Shown one piece after another: positions 37,213 through 51,140 of a stretch of DNA of 64,000 nt. Numbering within the stretch: position 1 is the stretch's first letter; the number at the start of each line of letters is the position of its first letter. The position numbers and the translations under genes were made by a program. Origin of the DNA: Octopus vulgaris (Eukaryota); assembly GCA_951406725.2 (NCBI GenBank), contig OX597825.1, positions 62,124,001 to 62,188,000 of the forward strand. The letters are read 5' to 3'. The notes under the pieces were generated by a model. That model was not told the origin of the DNA. It saw only the letters and a list, made by a program, of their open reading frames with translations, and ran no database searches.

Positions 37213-38043
37213 AATATTCTTACGGGTGCAAAAAATAAAATGAGTTGGAAACGATCATTTCTACTATAAGCACCAAACTGGAAATTTTGGGAAAGGGGTT
37301 AGACGATTACATCCACCCCAGTGCTTTTCTGGTACTTATTTAATCAATTCTAGAATTGTGAAAGGAAAAAGCTGACCCCAGCAAAACTGGAACTCAGAAC
37401 ATAAAGTGAATGAAATGAAATACTGCAAAGTAATTTTCCCAGTATCATAACGGTTCTGGTAGCTCACAGCCTTATAAGACTTAGAAATATAAAACAAAAA
37501 TTGCATGCCCCGAAGCTGACTACTTGCCTTGCCCCAGATTCTGGTAACTCATGCTATACAACTGAAAATATTAGTACCATGCTTGGCTCAGAGATAATTT
37601 TCTTTGGAAATATGTGTTTGGAATGACAATTTTATGTGACAAATTCTCTTAGGACACTCTCATAGGTATCAGTCTGATGTCTTCACTGAGCTTCGTATCT
37701 TCCTTACAATCAATAATAAAGGAGGTGATAAATTTACAGAAAAGTAATTCTGCATTCTGTATTTGCTGTTAATCAGTCTCACTCCTCTATATTATCACTT
37801 GATACACTTCGGCTGTTAATAACCATGTGTGCTCATGTTAATTATAAATTTAATTAAAATATTTGGTCAGTTCCAATTCTGTTATGACACTGGATTCATC
37901 ATCATCTGCATCTTTATTATCCTCATCGCTTAACGTCTGTTTTCCATGCTGGCACGGGTTAGAAGATTTGACAGGAGCTGGCAAACCTAAGGGCTGCACC
38001 AAAGGCATCCACTACACTCATCGTGATCATAACCACCACCACA

Positions 38044-38077
<34 letters not shown>

Positions 38078-38159
38078 TCATCATCACCACCACCACCACC
38101 ATCATCATCACCATCATCATCGCCATCCTCCTCCTCCCATCATCATCATCACCATCACC

Positions 38160-38193
<34 letters not shown>

Positions 38194-38216
38194 TCATTCT
38201 TATCATCATCATCCTT

Positions 38217-38269
<53 letters not shown>

Positions 38270-38799
38270 TATTATCGTCATTTTAATGATTATTTGAGGC
38301 AAATTCCCATTGAGGCAGATTTTTTGATACTTATTTGCCATTTCTGTCACCAACCATCACCTGTCATCAGTGTTAGACATTTTCATTGGAGATGAGTATT
38401 GAATAACACTGCTTGTATGACAGTGAGACTCATTTACAAGAGCTCTATGATGTCAATTCAAGATGTCGTACAAATACACACACACACACACACACACAAC
38501 AACAACAACAACACACTCATACACACACAGACGTACTCATGCATTCACACATACATATGATGGCCTAACTTATATTTTATATAATAGTTATGATACGTCG
38601 GTGACATATTAAAGCCACATATGCCAATTGCATGTTAAAAGCACTTAGTACACTCTGTGAAGTGGTTGGCATTAGGAAGGGCATCCAGCTGTAGAAACCA
38701 TACCAAAACCCCGACTGGAGCCTGGTGCCGTACTCTGGCTTCCCAGTTCCAGTCAAGCCATCTAACCCATGCCAGCATGGAAAATGTCCCTAAATGATA

Positions 38800-39070
38800 A
38801 TCCTTTCTACTGTGGGCACAAGGCCTGAAATTTTGGGGTGATAGGTGGAGGTGCAGTCGATTAGATCTGTCCCAGTATACGACTGGTACTTAATTTATCG
38901 ACTCTGAAAGAGCGAAGACAAAGATGACTTCGGCGGCATTTGAACTCAGAATATATTGACAGGCGAAATACCTATTTCTTTATTACCCACAAGGGGCTAA
39001 ACATAGAGGGGACAAACAAGGACAGACAAACGGATTAAGTCGATTACATCGACCCCAGTGCGTATTTGGT
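38800..39070 (-). mobile_element. Meta-domain-like SINE tandem (partial dimer)
   Basis: Contains the GAAATAG|GTATTTCG junction at ~38971. Confidence 0.8.
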
Positions 39071-39149
39071 ATGATGAAGAAGAGGAAGAGGGACAGGAGG
39101 AGGGGAGGGGTGTAGAAAAACTTAGCAACAAACAGCTGTTATTATTATT

Positions 39150-39522
39150 GGTGATTAAAGCCTGTTCACTCTAACCTTAGATGAGTTTGTTGCCAGAAAC
39201 AACATGGTATCACTTTCACAGCCACCCTATTCACCAAATTTAGTACCTGCAGATTTCCATGTTTTCCCCAAGGACAAAATGCAGCTCAAAGGTCACCGTC
39301 TTAATACCATTGTCAAGATCCAGAGTGAATCACAGAAGGTCCTTGACTTGCTTGTGGAAATCGACTTCCAGGCTGGATTCCAAAAGTGGCAGGAATGTTG
39401 GAACCAGTATATTACTGTGCAATGTGACTTTTCCCAAGGAGATGATGTTAAAACTTTGATAAATATGTTATTTTTCATTAAGTATAACAAGTTCCAGGAA
39501 CTTGTTGATACAACTTCGTCTG
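39150..39522 (+). mobile_element. Mariner 3' fragment (second family)
   Basis: QPPYSPNLVPADFHVFPK..LKGHR..FQKWQECWNQYI..QCDFSQGD (~HPPYSPDLAPADFFLFP...FQ.W..RW..CI...GDYFEGD), then TIR-like GAACTTGTTGATACAACTTCG. Confidence 0.85.
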
Positions 39523-39952
39523 TATACATGTATCATTTTATATCTTAGGTAACCATAAAATGATACACACAAAGATGATATATCCTTGTATCTATCTCTG
39601 TGTGCAAGCATGCGTATATATGTTTCTATATTAATATGTACATTTTTTTCTCAAAAGGAAGATCAATGGTGATTTTGAACTTCAGGCTTTCTCACTATCA
39701 TCTGTCTGTGTGATAAAACACTGTGTGAGCTGATACTTCAAAGTTACTTTCAAACATTGTCTTGTAAAATTGATTAATTAATTAATTAATTAATACATGC
39801 ATGTACCCAGCTAAAATATATTACTGAGTAATCATTCAGTTGAATGTGAGATTGTTTTTTAAAATAGCTTCGCATAAAAGGAAACATCTTTTTATATATG
39901 TATGTATATATATATATGTGTGTATATATATATGTGTATATATATATATATA

Positions 39953-39993
<41 letters not shown>

Positions 39994-40083
39994 CACACAC
40001 ATATATATATTAATACACACATATATATGTATGTATATTATACATGTACATATATATTCATACACATGTACACACATGCATGC

Positions 40084-40122
<39 letters not shown>

Positions 40123-40512
40123 TATGTATATTATCATAAGTCTCAGACACATGTAATGTGAATTTTACTTCAACTTTTTGTAAATAGCAATGCAATTGGT
40201 GAAAATTAGGCCTGTACGTTTCTATTCATTCATGCATTTGAAATAGAATTTTTTTTTTTTTACATATATATATATAATCACACATCTTGAAGAATGGCAT
40301 TCTAGTGCAAAAGAAAATATATCAAAGAAGTATTGATGGTGGATACTAACATTAGATTGCTATGTAATTTCTCAATTTCTTCTACAATGCGAATTCCTCG
40401 GTAACCAGAAGCTAAAAAGAGTTGCCATTTTCTTAGCAGTTATGCATTTAGACATTTCATTTACACTCACACACACATAGACACACACATATATACACAT
40501 ATGTATATGTAT

Positions 40513-40562
<50 letters not shown>

Positions 40563-40641
40563 GTGTATATGTATATATATATGCGCATGTATGCATATAT
40601 ACATACATATATATGTATATAAATATATATATATATATAAA

Positions 40642-40702
<61 letters not shown>

Positions 40703-41591
40703 ACACATACATAAATACATACATGCATTCATACACGTATGTATGTGGGTGTGTGAGTAAACATAGACATTCATCTAGAGATGTTCATGTTTTAACCAAT
40801 AATCAATATATTCTCAGGTATATTTAATTTAGAAGAGTGATAACGATGATGATAATGATGATGATGATGATGATGACGATGCTGCTGCTGCTGCTGATGA
40901 TGATAATGATAATGGTGATGAGGATGATAATGTTGATGATAATGATGATGATAATGATGATGATGGCAATAAGAACAATGGCATCTGTGATTGGTCTGGG
41001 TCGTAATTGTGGTGGCAGGGTTGTCAATAAAGCAAGTGGTGGTAATAGTGGTGATGGTGGTGCTGGTGGTTGTGATGATGATGATGATGATGATAAGGCT
41101 GATGACGACGATGATGGTGTTGATCGCAGTGTTGTTGTTTATGTTGGTGATGACAGTGATGTTGGTTGGGAGATAAATGCTGTTTCTGGTCACCATGATC
41201 TATAAAATGAAATGAGGGTTATATACATACATACATATAAACATACATACACATATATATATATATATATATGTGTGTGTATGTGTGTGTGTGTATGTAT
41301 ATATATGTACGTGTATATGTATATATATATATGTGTGTATGTGTGTGTGTATGTATATATATGTACGAGTATATGTGTATGTATATGTATATATATTTGT
41401 ATGTATGAATATATATATATATATATGCATGTAGGTATATATATGTATATATATGTATATACATGTATATATATGTATATATATATATATATGTATATAT
41501 ATGTATATATATATATATATATGTATATATATGTATATATATATATATGTGTGTGTGTATATATATGTATATATATATATGTGTGTATATA

Positions 41592-41642
<51 letters not shown>

Positions 41643-42289
41643 ATATGTATATATATATGTGTATATATATGTATGTATGAATGCATATATGTATGTATAG
41701 TGAAAAAAAAGGGAGTGAAAGAAAATGAAATGTTTTAAATTTATTAAACTGGCAGTTAAGTAATTCTTCTTTGATCTGATTTAAGAACCCAGCGGGATAA
41801 GTACCGATGGATTAAAGTAGAATATATTTCAGCTCCACATAACCATTTAGCTTGTTCATGAAAATTCAGTAAGCCCACCAAGAACAATTTAAGTAATTGC
41901 TTAATGGATTCAATTTTCTGCAAGTTGAAATGGATTTGCTATAAAGTAAGTGACGAGATAGGGAAGAACTCTGTGTCATGCAAAGCAAAGTAAGTGACCT
42001 AATGAAGGTCAAATGAGGTAACAGCATGACCGATTCCCAATGGTTTCTTGAGTGTCAGAAATAAGCAAATATAAAAGTCGGTTTTTAGATTTTATTACAT
42101 TCATAAATTTTATGGTTACTTAAGATATAAAAATTAGTTAAATCAGTCGGGTATATTCTAATATTGAAGGAAGGTCTCTGATCCTGCCACCATGAATGAA
42201 GTTAACCATTACAATCTTTGATATGTTTAAAGGCTACATCATGTTTTCCGTCTATCTATCTTGTATTTGTCTATCTACCTCTCTCTTTC

Positions 42290-43282
42290 TCTCTCTCAGA
42301 GTTGGCACTGTAAATGTAGGCTCACTGAAATGTAGAGGACATCTGTGTAAAGAAGTGCCAATCTCTAACTATGGAAGGAACCTGTGGTAGAGGTAGACCC
42401 AGGAAGACATGGGACAAGGTAGTGAAGCATGACCTTTGAACTTTGAAACTCACAGAAGCAATGACTAGTGTCTGAGACCTTTGGTAATGTGTTCTGCTTA
42501 AGAGGATTTGTCAAGCCAAGTGTACCCATGATGGTGGCATCTAAAATAAAATCAACCTTTGAACATTGGGCCTGAAGGAGGCAAAGTGGCTGGGTACCTT
42601 CTGAGTGTTGGGCCTGACTGAGGCAATGTGGCTGAGTTCCTTTTGAGTGTTGGGCCTTACAGAGGCAAGGTGGCTGAGTTCCTTTCAAGTGGGCCTCATG
42701 GAGGTGAAGTGGCTGAGCTCCTTTCAAGTGTTGGGCCTCGCGGATGCAATGATCAAGACCATTGGCATTATTTCTTATTTCTTTACTGCTCACTAGGGGC
42801 TACACACAGAGGGGACAAACAAGGACAGACAAATGGATTAAGTCGATTATATCGACCCCAGTGCATAACTGGTACTTATTTAATCGACCCCGAAAGAAGG
42901 AAAGGCAAAGTTGACCTTGGCAGAATTTGAACTTAGAATGTAGCGGCAGACGAAATACTGCTAAGCATTTTGCCCAGCATGTTAACGTTTCTGCCAGCTT
43001 GCTGCCTTTGGCATCATGTCATGCTTGGAAAGAAGATCCAATCAAGCCAAGCAAAATTGCAGTTGGGGCAGATAATGGTGTCACATAATGGCACCTGTGC
43101 AGGTGGTATATAAAAGCACCCATTACACTCTTGGAGTGGTTGGCATTAAGAAGGGCATCCAGCTGTAGCTAACCATGCCAAATCAGACTGGATCCTGGTG
43201 CAGCCTTCCAGCATGCCAGCCCAGTCAAACTGTCCAACCCATGCCAGCATGGACAACAGGCGTTCAATGATGATGATGATGA
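42290..43282 (+). mobile_element. Internally deleted RTE: APE N-terminus fused to the ORF C-terminus, plus a long 3'UTR with ~41-bp tandem repeats; a family B SINE is nested at 42770-43006 (minus)
   Basis: LRVGTVNVGSLK joined to CVKKCQSLTMEGTCGRGRPRKTWDKVVKHDL; repeats at 42556-42750; SINE TSD TTGGCAT; (GAT)n tail. Confidence 0.8.
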
Positions 43283-43309
43283 GATATATATATATATATT
43301 TTTTTTTTT

Positions 43310-43615
43310 TGCACCCTTTTCAAGTCTAGCCAGGTTCATGGGCCCAGTTTTCTGGTTTCTGTGATGTATGTGTCCCTACCAGCTGGATGGGATGCCAGTC
43401 CATTGCAGCATTACTCAAGAAACAGGAAGAGAGATTGAGAGAAAGTTGTGGTGAAAGAATACAACAGGGGTCGCCACCACCCCCTGCAGGAGCCTCGTGG
43501 AGCTTTTAGGTGCTTTTGCTCAATAAACACACACAACGCCCAGTCAGGGAATTGAAACCCCAATCCTCCAACTACAAGTCCGCTACCCTAACCATTGGGC
43601 CACTGCACCTCCACA
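43310..43615 (-). mobile_element. SINE with H2 head and V-domain-like tail
   Basis: Head shared with 22682-22870; tail shared with 36960-37065. Confidence 0.8.
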
Positions 43616-43780
43616 CACCCACACATATATATAAATATATTTATATATATATATATATATTATGTGAAATAGAAAGATGAATAATCTTGTTGCAGATTAA
43701 TCATTTCTTAAATTCTTAAACTCTTAAACTCTTAAACTCTTAAATTCTTAAATTCTTAAACTCCATTTCTTAAATTCACT

Positions 43781-43811
<31 letters not shown>

Positions 43812-44449
43812 CATTCACACACACACATACGTATAGTATTTATAATGATTAGAAGAACAGGGATCTTCAAAGAATTTTAGCCAGATGAATTGACCCCAGT
43901 ACTTATTTTATTAATATCTTTTTGCTGAACTGCTAAGTTACAGGGATGTCATCAAACCAACACCAGTTGTCAAGTGGTGGTATGGGGACACACAAAGACA
44001 CAGGCAGACATACAGACAAACAGACACACACAAGCACACACATTTTTATACATAGCCTGTATGTAACAAAAATTCAGTAGCATATTTAGGTTTGGCTATT
44101 AGTATGAAATAAATATGGCTGTGGCCATGCTGGAGTCCTGCCTCAACGAACTTCTAGTCCAATGAATTGGCCTCAAGAACTATTTTATTTTAAATCCTGG
44201 TACTTATTCTATTACTCTCATTTTACTGAACCACTAAGTTATGGGGATGTGAATAAACCAACACTGGTTGTCAAGTAATGGTGGGAACAAGCACAAACAG
44301 AAAGACAGACACACACATACTCACACACACATGCACACATTTGCTGTTTATTTCTAAAAGCAATTGCTGTTATTGTGCACAAGTTTTTATACAGCGATTG
44401 AAGGTACCATATGAATCCAGTATCATATTTAGGTTTGGCTGTCAGGATA

Positions 44450-45047
44450 AAGAACCCTTTGGTCGTAAATGACCATAGGACTACACCTAGAAAGTTCCCC
44501 ACTGAGGCACAAATCTCATTAAGGTTGTTTATGGAAGTGCAACAGTCACCCATGCATACCAGCCTCCCCTCTCCATGCCACCAAGGGAAAGGTGGTGAGC
44601 TGGCAGAAATGCTTAGCTGTATTTTGTCTGTCTTAACGTTCTGAGTTGAAATTCCGCTGAGGTCGACCTTGCCTTTCATCCTTTCGGGGTCGATAAATTA
44701 AGTACCAGTTGCATACTGGAGTTGATCTACTGCTGCTACTGCTGCTACTACTACTACTACTACTACTTCTACTACTACTACTACTAATGCTGCTGCTGCT
44801 GCTACTACTACTACTACTACTACTGCTGCTGCTGCTAAAATTTCAAGCCTTGTGCCTTGAGTAGATAAAAAAACCCAGTACAGCTTGGCACCAATGACAT
44901 TGCAACCCATTTCTACAACCGAGCAAACCGGAGCAACTTGAAATAAAGTGTCTTGCTCAAGAACACAACACAGCCTGATCCAGGAACCGAACTCACTACC
45001 TCATGCTTGTGAGTCCAATGCTCTAACCACTGAACCATGCACCTTCA
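44450..45047 (-). mobile_element. H1-T3 SINE interrupted by a plus-strand family B SINE (44588-44870) that contains an (ACT/GCT)n expansion
   Basis: Both halves align to the reverse complement of 9217-9520. Confidence 0.78.
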
Positions 45048-46464
45048 CAGGTTTGTCTGTTAGTATGAAATAATACTAACAGTATTATTAACATGTAAAT
45101 ATTTCTAACAGTCCACTGCAGGTAGCTTTTAACATTTCATATCTTGTAGTGATTTGGATTGACAAGATTCATTAACAAGGTAGTTTTATAACGCTCATAA
45201 CTCTGGGATACATAAATGGTAATGAATTCTGTATTCTGCAGTCCATATCACACAACTGTACCCATAAAACTTCAGGCAGAACATAGTAATTAATAAACTC
45301 GTTAGAAGTTATTCTATGTGTGCATGTGTGTATGTGTGTGTACGTGTGTGTGTGTGTGTACGTGTGTGGGTGGGTGGAAGTCTGGGTGGGTGTGCATGAG
45401 TGCAGGTGAGTGTGTTTATAAAACGTTATAAAAGCATTATCTTCAGGAATAACCACTTTGCATAAAGCGATGAAACTGCTTTCAGTTACTGCAAAAACAA
45501 GTCAATATGGGCGTAGTAGTAGTAGTAGTAGCAACAGTAGCAGCAGCAATAGTAGCAGCAGCAGCAATAGTAGTAGTAGTAGTAGTAGTAGTAGTTGTCT
45601 TGTTTAGTACTGGGTCAACCAATCAAATAGGACTATGATCAAATGCATTCCAAGTATGACCATTCTAGTTTTTGGAAAAGACTCGAGGACTTTCTGATAT
45701 TAAGACAGCAGGATGTGATTTTAGGCAAATTTGGCTGCTGCTTTTAGCAGGTCGAACATTGATGGTATAAGCAAGGTATGATAAAAGAAACATTGTCACA
45801 AAACAAAAATCTACATATTATATTGGATCCAAGACACAAACTTGCATTGTTTCATTATACAGAAGCATTATAAAACACAACACTCTATTAGAAATAGCAA
45901 CCAAATATCCTTCAAATCATAACTATATCACTGGTTCTTTTTACTTGTTTCACCCATTAAACTGCAGCCATACTGGAGTACCACCTTGAAAAATTGTAGA
46001 CGATCAAATCGACTCCAGTATTAATATTTTGTTTTTCAAACCAGATACTTATTCTGCTGAACTGCGAAGTTAAAGGGGATGTAAATACACTAACACCGGT
46101 TTTTTGGTGGTGGTGAGGGGACAATCATTGATGCAAAGACATGCACACACACACATGCAAACACACACATACGATGGGCTTCTTTCAGTTTCCATCTATC
46201 AAATTCACACACAGGTATTTGGACAACCCAAGGCTATAGTAGAAGACACTTGCCCAAGGTGCCATTTAGTGGAGCTGAAACTGGAGCCACATGGTTGACA
46301 CAAAGGCATGCACATACATGCACACACACAAACACATACACACACACATACAAACACACACATGCGATGGGCTTCTTTCAGTTTCCATCTATCAAATTCA
46401 CTCACAGTGTGTATATAAACATATACACACTTATACATACAAGTGTATTTATACAGATTTATAT

Positions 46465-46505
<41 letters not shown>

Positions 46506-47079
46506 TACATATATATATATATATATATGAGGCTATAGTAGAAGACACTCGCCTAAGTTGCCTTGCCATGAGACTGAACCTAGAACCATGTGGCAGGAAA
46601 ACAACCTTTTTACCTCAAAGCCATGGCTATTACTCAAAAAAAGAAAAAGAGCAAGCATTGGATAATGTGGTACTGGATACACTATATTTAAATAACAGAT
46701 GAAATGATCAGAGATTTACAGTCTTTGATCATTGACTTACACTGTCAGATACTCCTGGGGTTAAACAACATCTCTAGCAGCTTACTATACATCACATTCT
46801 GTTAATCTTCACTTTACTATTATGAAAAGACAGTGATATAGCTATGAAAGCTATATGAAGATAGCTAATGCCAATGAGACACACAATAAAGCAAAATTCT
46901 AAGCCAAGTGTTCATTCTAAGATTAACTAAAAGAGACTTCTATCTTCCTAATCCTAAGAACTGGGTGTTAGAATAAAGAAGGAGATATTGCTGAGATATA
47001 TAGGACACCATTAATCAAAAGTAACCGTCTACCTGCACATATATTAGTATGTGCAAGAGTTTTTGAAGCACTTCCTTTG

Positions 47080-47390
47080 CCTTGGCTGGGCTTCCCATAC
47101 ACCAGTCCTTAAAGGCAAATCCATTTCATTGAGTTTCTCAATCTATCATCTTCACCTTCAGTTCATGGATAGAATCTTAGCTTGTGGCCTCCTTCAGGTT
47201 CTTGATAAATGTCCAACGACATCTCCCAAACTTGTTGGGTTTCAGAGCATTAAGATTTAATGCTTCTTTTTCCTGATGCCACATGCTATGATCTGATATG
47301 TGCAGATGTCATTCTTTGATCTTGTTGGTCAATTTTAGATGGCCCTTTCCCATGCTTGCAAATGTCTCATCTCCAAACCACTAGTGCTCA
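47080..47390 (-). mobile_element. Old RTE/RTEX C-terminal remnant
   Basis: Minus strand KIKE*HLHISDHSMWH..GRCRWTFIKNLKEAT..SIHELK..MID (~IRERRLR.AGHC.RH..GR.R.TYID.L..DTG..EL...M.DR). Confidence 0.55.
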
Positions 47391-47800
47391 TTCTAAAGAA
47401 GGGCCTTTAATTTGAACCAAAGCAGTTTGACACTAGTGTTGTCACAGACATTGCTGTCAAAATACCTACACCCTTCAAAGATACACCAAGACATGCGGTC
47501 ACCAGAATTTTGGCACCTGGTGTGTGCTTCAGAATATTCTGGGTGGGCACTAATTCTTGTAAACTGTATTTTCTAAATCCATTGAATAGTGAGGCAGAAG
47601 CACCACAAGGCATCATGCTAGGCCCTCTGACTTCCACCAATCCCTTGCTTTGGTTAGGCACTTCTTTTGCTGATCCTGAAAAGGATGAAAGGTTAACATA
47701 ACCTTGGTGAGATTTGAACTCAGAGCTTAGGGAATCAGAACAAACACTGCCAACACTAACAATTCTGCCAATTCATCACTTTGACTCTGAAACAAAAGTA

Positions 47801-48235
47801 ATGGCTGTGTGATAAAAAGCTTCCTTCTTAATCACATGGTTCTGGATTCAATCCCACTCTGTGGAACCTTGGGCAAATTTCTTCTTCAATATAGATGGAA
47901 ATTGAAAGAAGCCCATTGTATATATATATATATCACCATGACCAACCAGGCTATCAGATGTTGCTACACATTGCTGGTCACAATACGCTTTGCATTGTTT
48001 TAGCCTTCAAATGATGCCACCCCGCTGGCTAAGCGAGCAGGCCAACAGAAGAAAGAGTGAGAGAAAGTTGTGGTGAAAGAGTACAGCAGGGATCACCACC
48101 AGCCGCTGCCAGAGCCTCGTAGAGCTTTAGGTGTTTTCACTCAATAAGCATTCACAACACCCGGTCTGGGAATTGAAACTGCGATCCTATGACCACGAGT
48201 CTGCTGCCCTAATCACTGGGCCATTGTGCCTCCAC

Positions 48236-48294
<59 letters not shown>

Positions 48295-48548
48295 TGTGTA
48301 TGTGTGTATGTGTGTGTGGGTGTGTGTGCGCTAGTGTTTTGTGTCTAAGTTTCTCCCCACGACTATTATTTGACAAACATTGTTGATTTGCTTACGTCCT
48401 TGTAACTTGGTGGTTCTTCAAAAGAAATCAATAGAATAAGGTGCAAGCTTTTAAAAAAAAAGTACTAGGATCCATATATTCGACTAGAATACCTTCAAAG
48501 CAGTGCTCCAGCATGGCTACTGTCTAATGACTGAAACAAGTAAAAGGA
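47801..48548 (+). mobile_element. Family A SINE with a nested minus-strand H2-T4 SINE (47935-48235) in its TA tract
   Basis: Head at 47801-47920 and tail at 48340-48548. Confidence 0.78.
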
Positions 48549-49014
48549 AAATAAAAAGATGTAATTATGGCAACTAAATTACTGATATGAAAGACTTTCA
48601 ACTGGCTTCACTTATTGGGAGTAGATATTAATTACAAAACGTGTAACTAAGAGATTAATCAGTGTCTATAAAATTATGTTAATCCTCTCTATACAATAGA
48701 TATCGTAAATGAAAAAATTGTCTCTATACAATAGATGTGGTAAATGAAAAAAATCAAATGAGCTTTGTCTTGTCTCCAAGAAGATATCTGCTTCACTAAA
48801 CTTTCCTTATAAGTAACATATATTACTAATGCATCTGTCATACTTAGAAAAATTTACTTACACAAACCTAATAAAAGAGTTTTAACATTTTCTTCCAATT
48901 TCTCTCTATCACCCTTCTTATGCTCATCATTGTGATTTTATCACTATCATCATCATCATTTGGAAATATATATATTCATGTCTAGACATCTTTATTTTTT
49001 TTCTAACATAACCA

Positions 49015-49815
49015 AGGCTGATCTCAAAATGTTGAACCTTATGAAGGAGATGACAGAGAACTGAGATATGTGGCACATTGCTGTACTAGAAAAGACTTAT
49101 CTACCACAACAGAATTGAGATCCTTAAGGTAGCGAGCTGGCAGAAACGTTAGCACGCTGGGTGAAATGCTTAGTGGTATTTCGTCTGCTGTTATGTTCTG
49201 AGTTCAAATTCCGCCGAGGTTGACTTTACCTTTCATCCTCTTGGGGTTGATAAATTAAGTACCAGTTATGCACTGGGGTCGATGTAATCGACTTAATCCC
49301 TATGTCTGTCCTTGTTTGTCCGCTCTGTGTTTAGCCCCTTGTGGGTAGTAAAGAAATAGGTATTTCGTCTGCCGTTATGTTCTGAGTTCAAATTCCGCCA
49401 AGGTCGACTTTGCCTTTCATCCATTCGGGGTCAATAGATTAAGTACCAGTTACGCACTGGGATCGATGTAATCAACTTAATCCCTATGTCTGTCCTTGTT
49501 TGTCCCCTCTCTGTTTAGCCCCTTGTGGGCAATAAAGAAATAAGAATTGTGATCTTAAAACCAAGGTACTACTTAAAAAGAATTGGTGTGGGTACTGGTG
49601 CCATGTAAAAATCATTGGTGAGGATACCACTTAAAAAGCACTCACTATATTCTGTGGAGTGGCTGGTGTTAAGCAGGACATCCAGATGTAGAAACCAGGC
49701 AGGAACAGATTACGAACCTGGTGCAACTTCTGACCTTGTCAGTTCCTGTCATGCCATCCAATACATGTCAGCATGAAAACGGATGTTAAATGTTGATGAT
49801 GATGATGATGGTGAT
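49015..49815 (+). mobile_element. RTE 3' end with a nested family B SINE dimer (49127-49543)
   Basis: KADLKMLNLMKEMTEN*DMWHIAVLEKT; TSD AGAATTG(A/T)GATC(C)TTAA; (GAT)n tail. Confidence 0.82.
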
Positions 49816-49932
49816 AGTGATGACACCGACAACAATGTGTACAGTTGTCTTTGTGGTGTAGAAGGTTATCAATGGAAGCGCTGCAGAAATGTGCTTGAAG
49901 GAAATGGGAAAGTTTTTAGGCCGGGCCTAACC

Positions 49933-50155
49933 TTTTACTCTTTTACTCTTTTACTTGTTTCAGTCATTTGACTGCAGCCATGCTGGAGCAATGCCTTTAG
50001 TCGAGCAAATCGACCCCGGAACTTATTCTTTTGTAACCCCAGTACTTATTCTATCAGTCTCTTTTGCCGAACCGCTAAGTGACGGGGACGTAAACACACC
50101 AGCATCGGTTGTCAAGCAATGCTAGAGGAGACAAACACAGACACACAAACACACG

Positions 50156-50202
<47 letters not shown>

Positions 50203-50363
50203 ACGACAAGCTTCTTTCAGTTTCCGTCTACCAAATCCACTCACAAGGCATTGGTCAGCCTGGGGCTATAGCAGAAGACACTTGCCCAAGATGCCACGCA
50301 GTGGGACTGAACCCGGAACCATGTGGTTCGTAAGCAAGCTACTTACCATACAGCCACTCCTGC
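49933..50363 (-). mobile_element. CORE-like SINE family A, full length and relatively young
   Basis: Many CpGs retained; complete head and (AAAAGAGT)n tail. Confidence 0.9.
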
Positions 50364-50374
50364 TGATTTTTTTC

Positions 50375-51140
50375 ACATACTACTGGCAGAAATTAGAGCT
50401 GGACTACAAGAAACAACCCATAAACTCAAAGAGGAAGCACGAATATAAATGATAAAATCATCTTTGAAAAATGACCGAGGTGATGAAGATTAAGCCGTAT
50501 CCTAAGTCTTCTTTCTTTACTGGACAACAGATCATAAAAGATGTGGACAATTTCTCATGCCTAGGTAGTGTAATCATTAATGATAGAATCATATAAAGTG
50601 ATGTGAACAATGAAATGTTAAGATAAGGGCCATATTCCTGGATTTGCACCGAATCTGAGCAACAGCAAGCATCATTAGAAACATAGAAGTTTGGCTGTTT
50701 ATTACAGTTGTGCTGTCAATGGCCTTGTATGTCAGTGAAATACAGAAAGTGTCTGTAAATCTGGCCATGGAACAAGACAGATTCTTTCAATGATCTGTAT
50801 AGAATATTCTCAATATCAGCATTTGATATAGAAATCCAGATAAGGAAATTCTTCTGAAAGAAAATCTCAGCCTTTGCAAAACATAAGGATACTTTGTTGG
50901 TATTACCAAGTAGATCACATTTTGTACCAGCCAGCCAGATTCCCAGCATGCAAAGATAGCAGTGATATAAAGAGTAGAAGAAGAAGAATTGATAAAGGGT
51001 TGGCTCAAAAGCACCTGATACCAAACATTCCAGGAAGATCTCAAGCATTAGACAGCAATAGAAAGAACAAGCAGATCAACTACATTAGAGGAAGTCTTTC
51101 ACCTCTTGTGTCTCGCAGGAGGACCTAATCAAGATCTAAA
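50375..51140 (+). mobile_element. Decayed RTE RT C-terminal and thumb region
   Basis: ILLAE..LQE..TEVMK..DVDNFSCLGSVI (~F.YLGS)..LFITVVLSMALYVSE (~LYASETW)..ILNIS. Confidence 0.75.

Noticed and set aside
43706-43775. (YTCTTAAA)n octamer run
   Set aside because: It is a short simple repeat with no further structure and is not telomeric.
47407-47701. Overlapping short ORFs in a GC-richer patch
   Set aside because: There is no domain similarity; the patch lies between an RTE remnant and a SINE and is more likely TE UTR.
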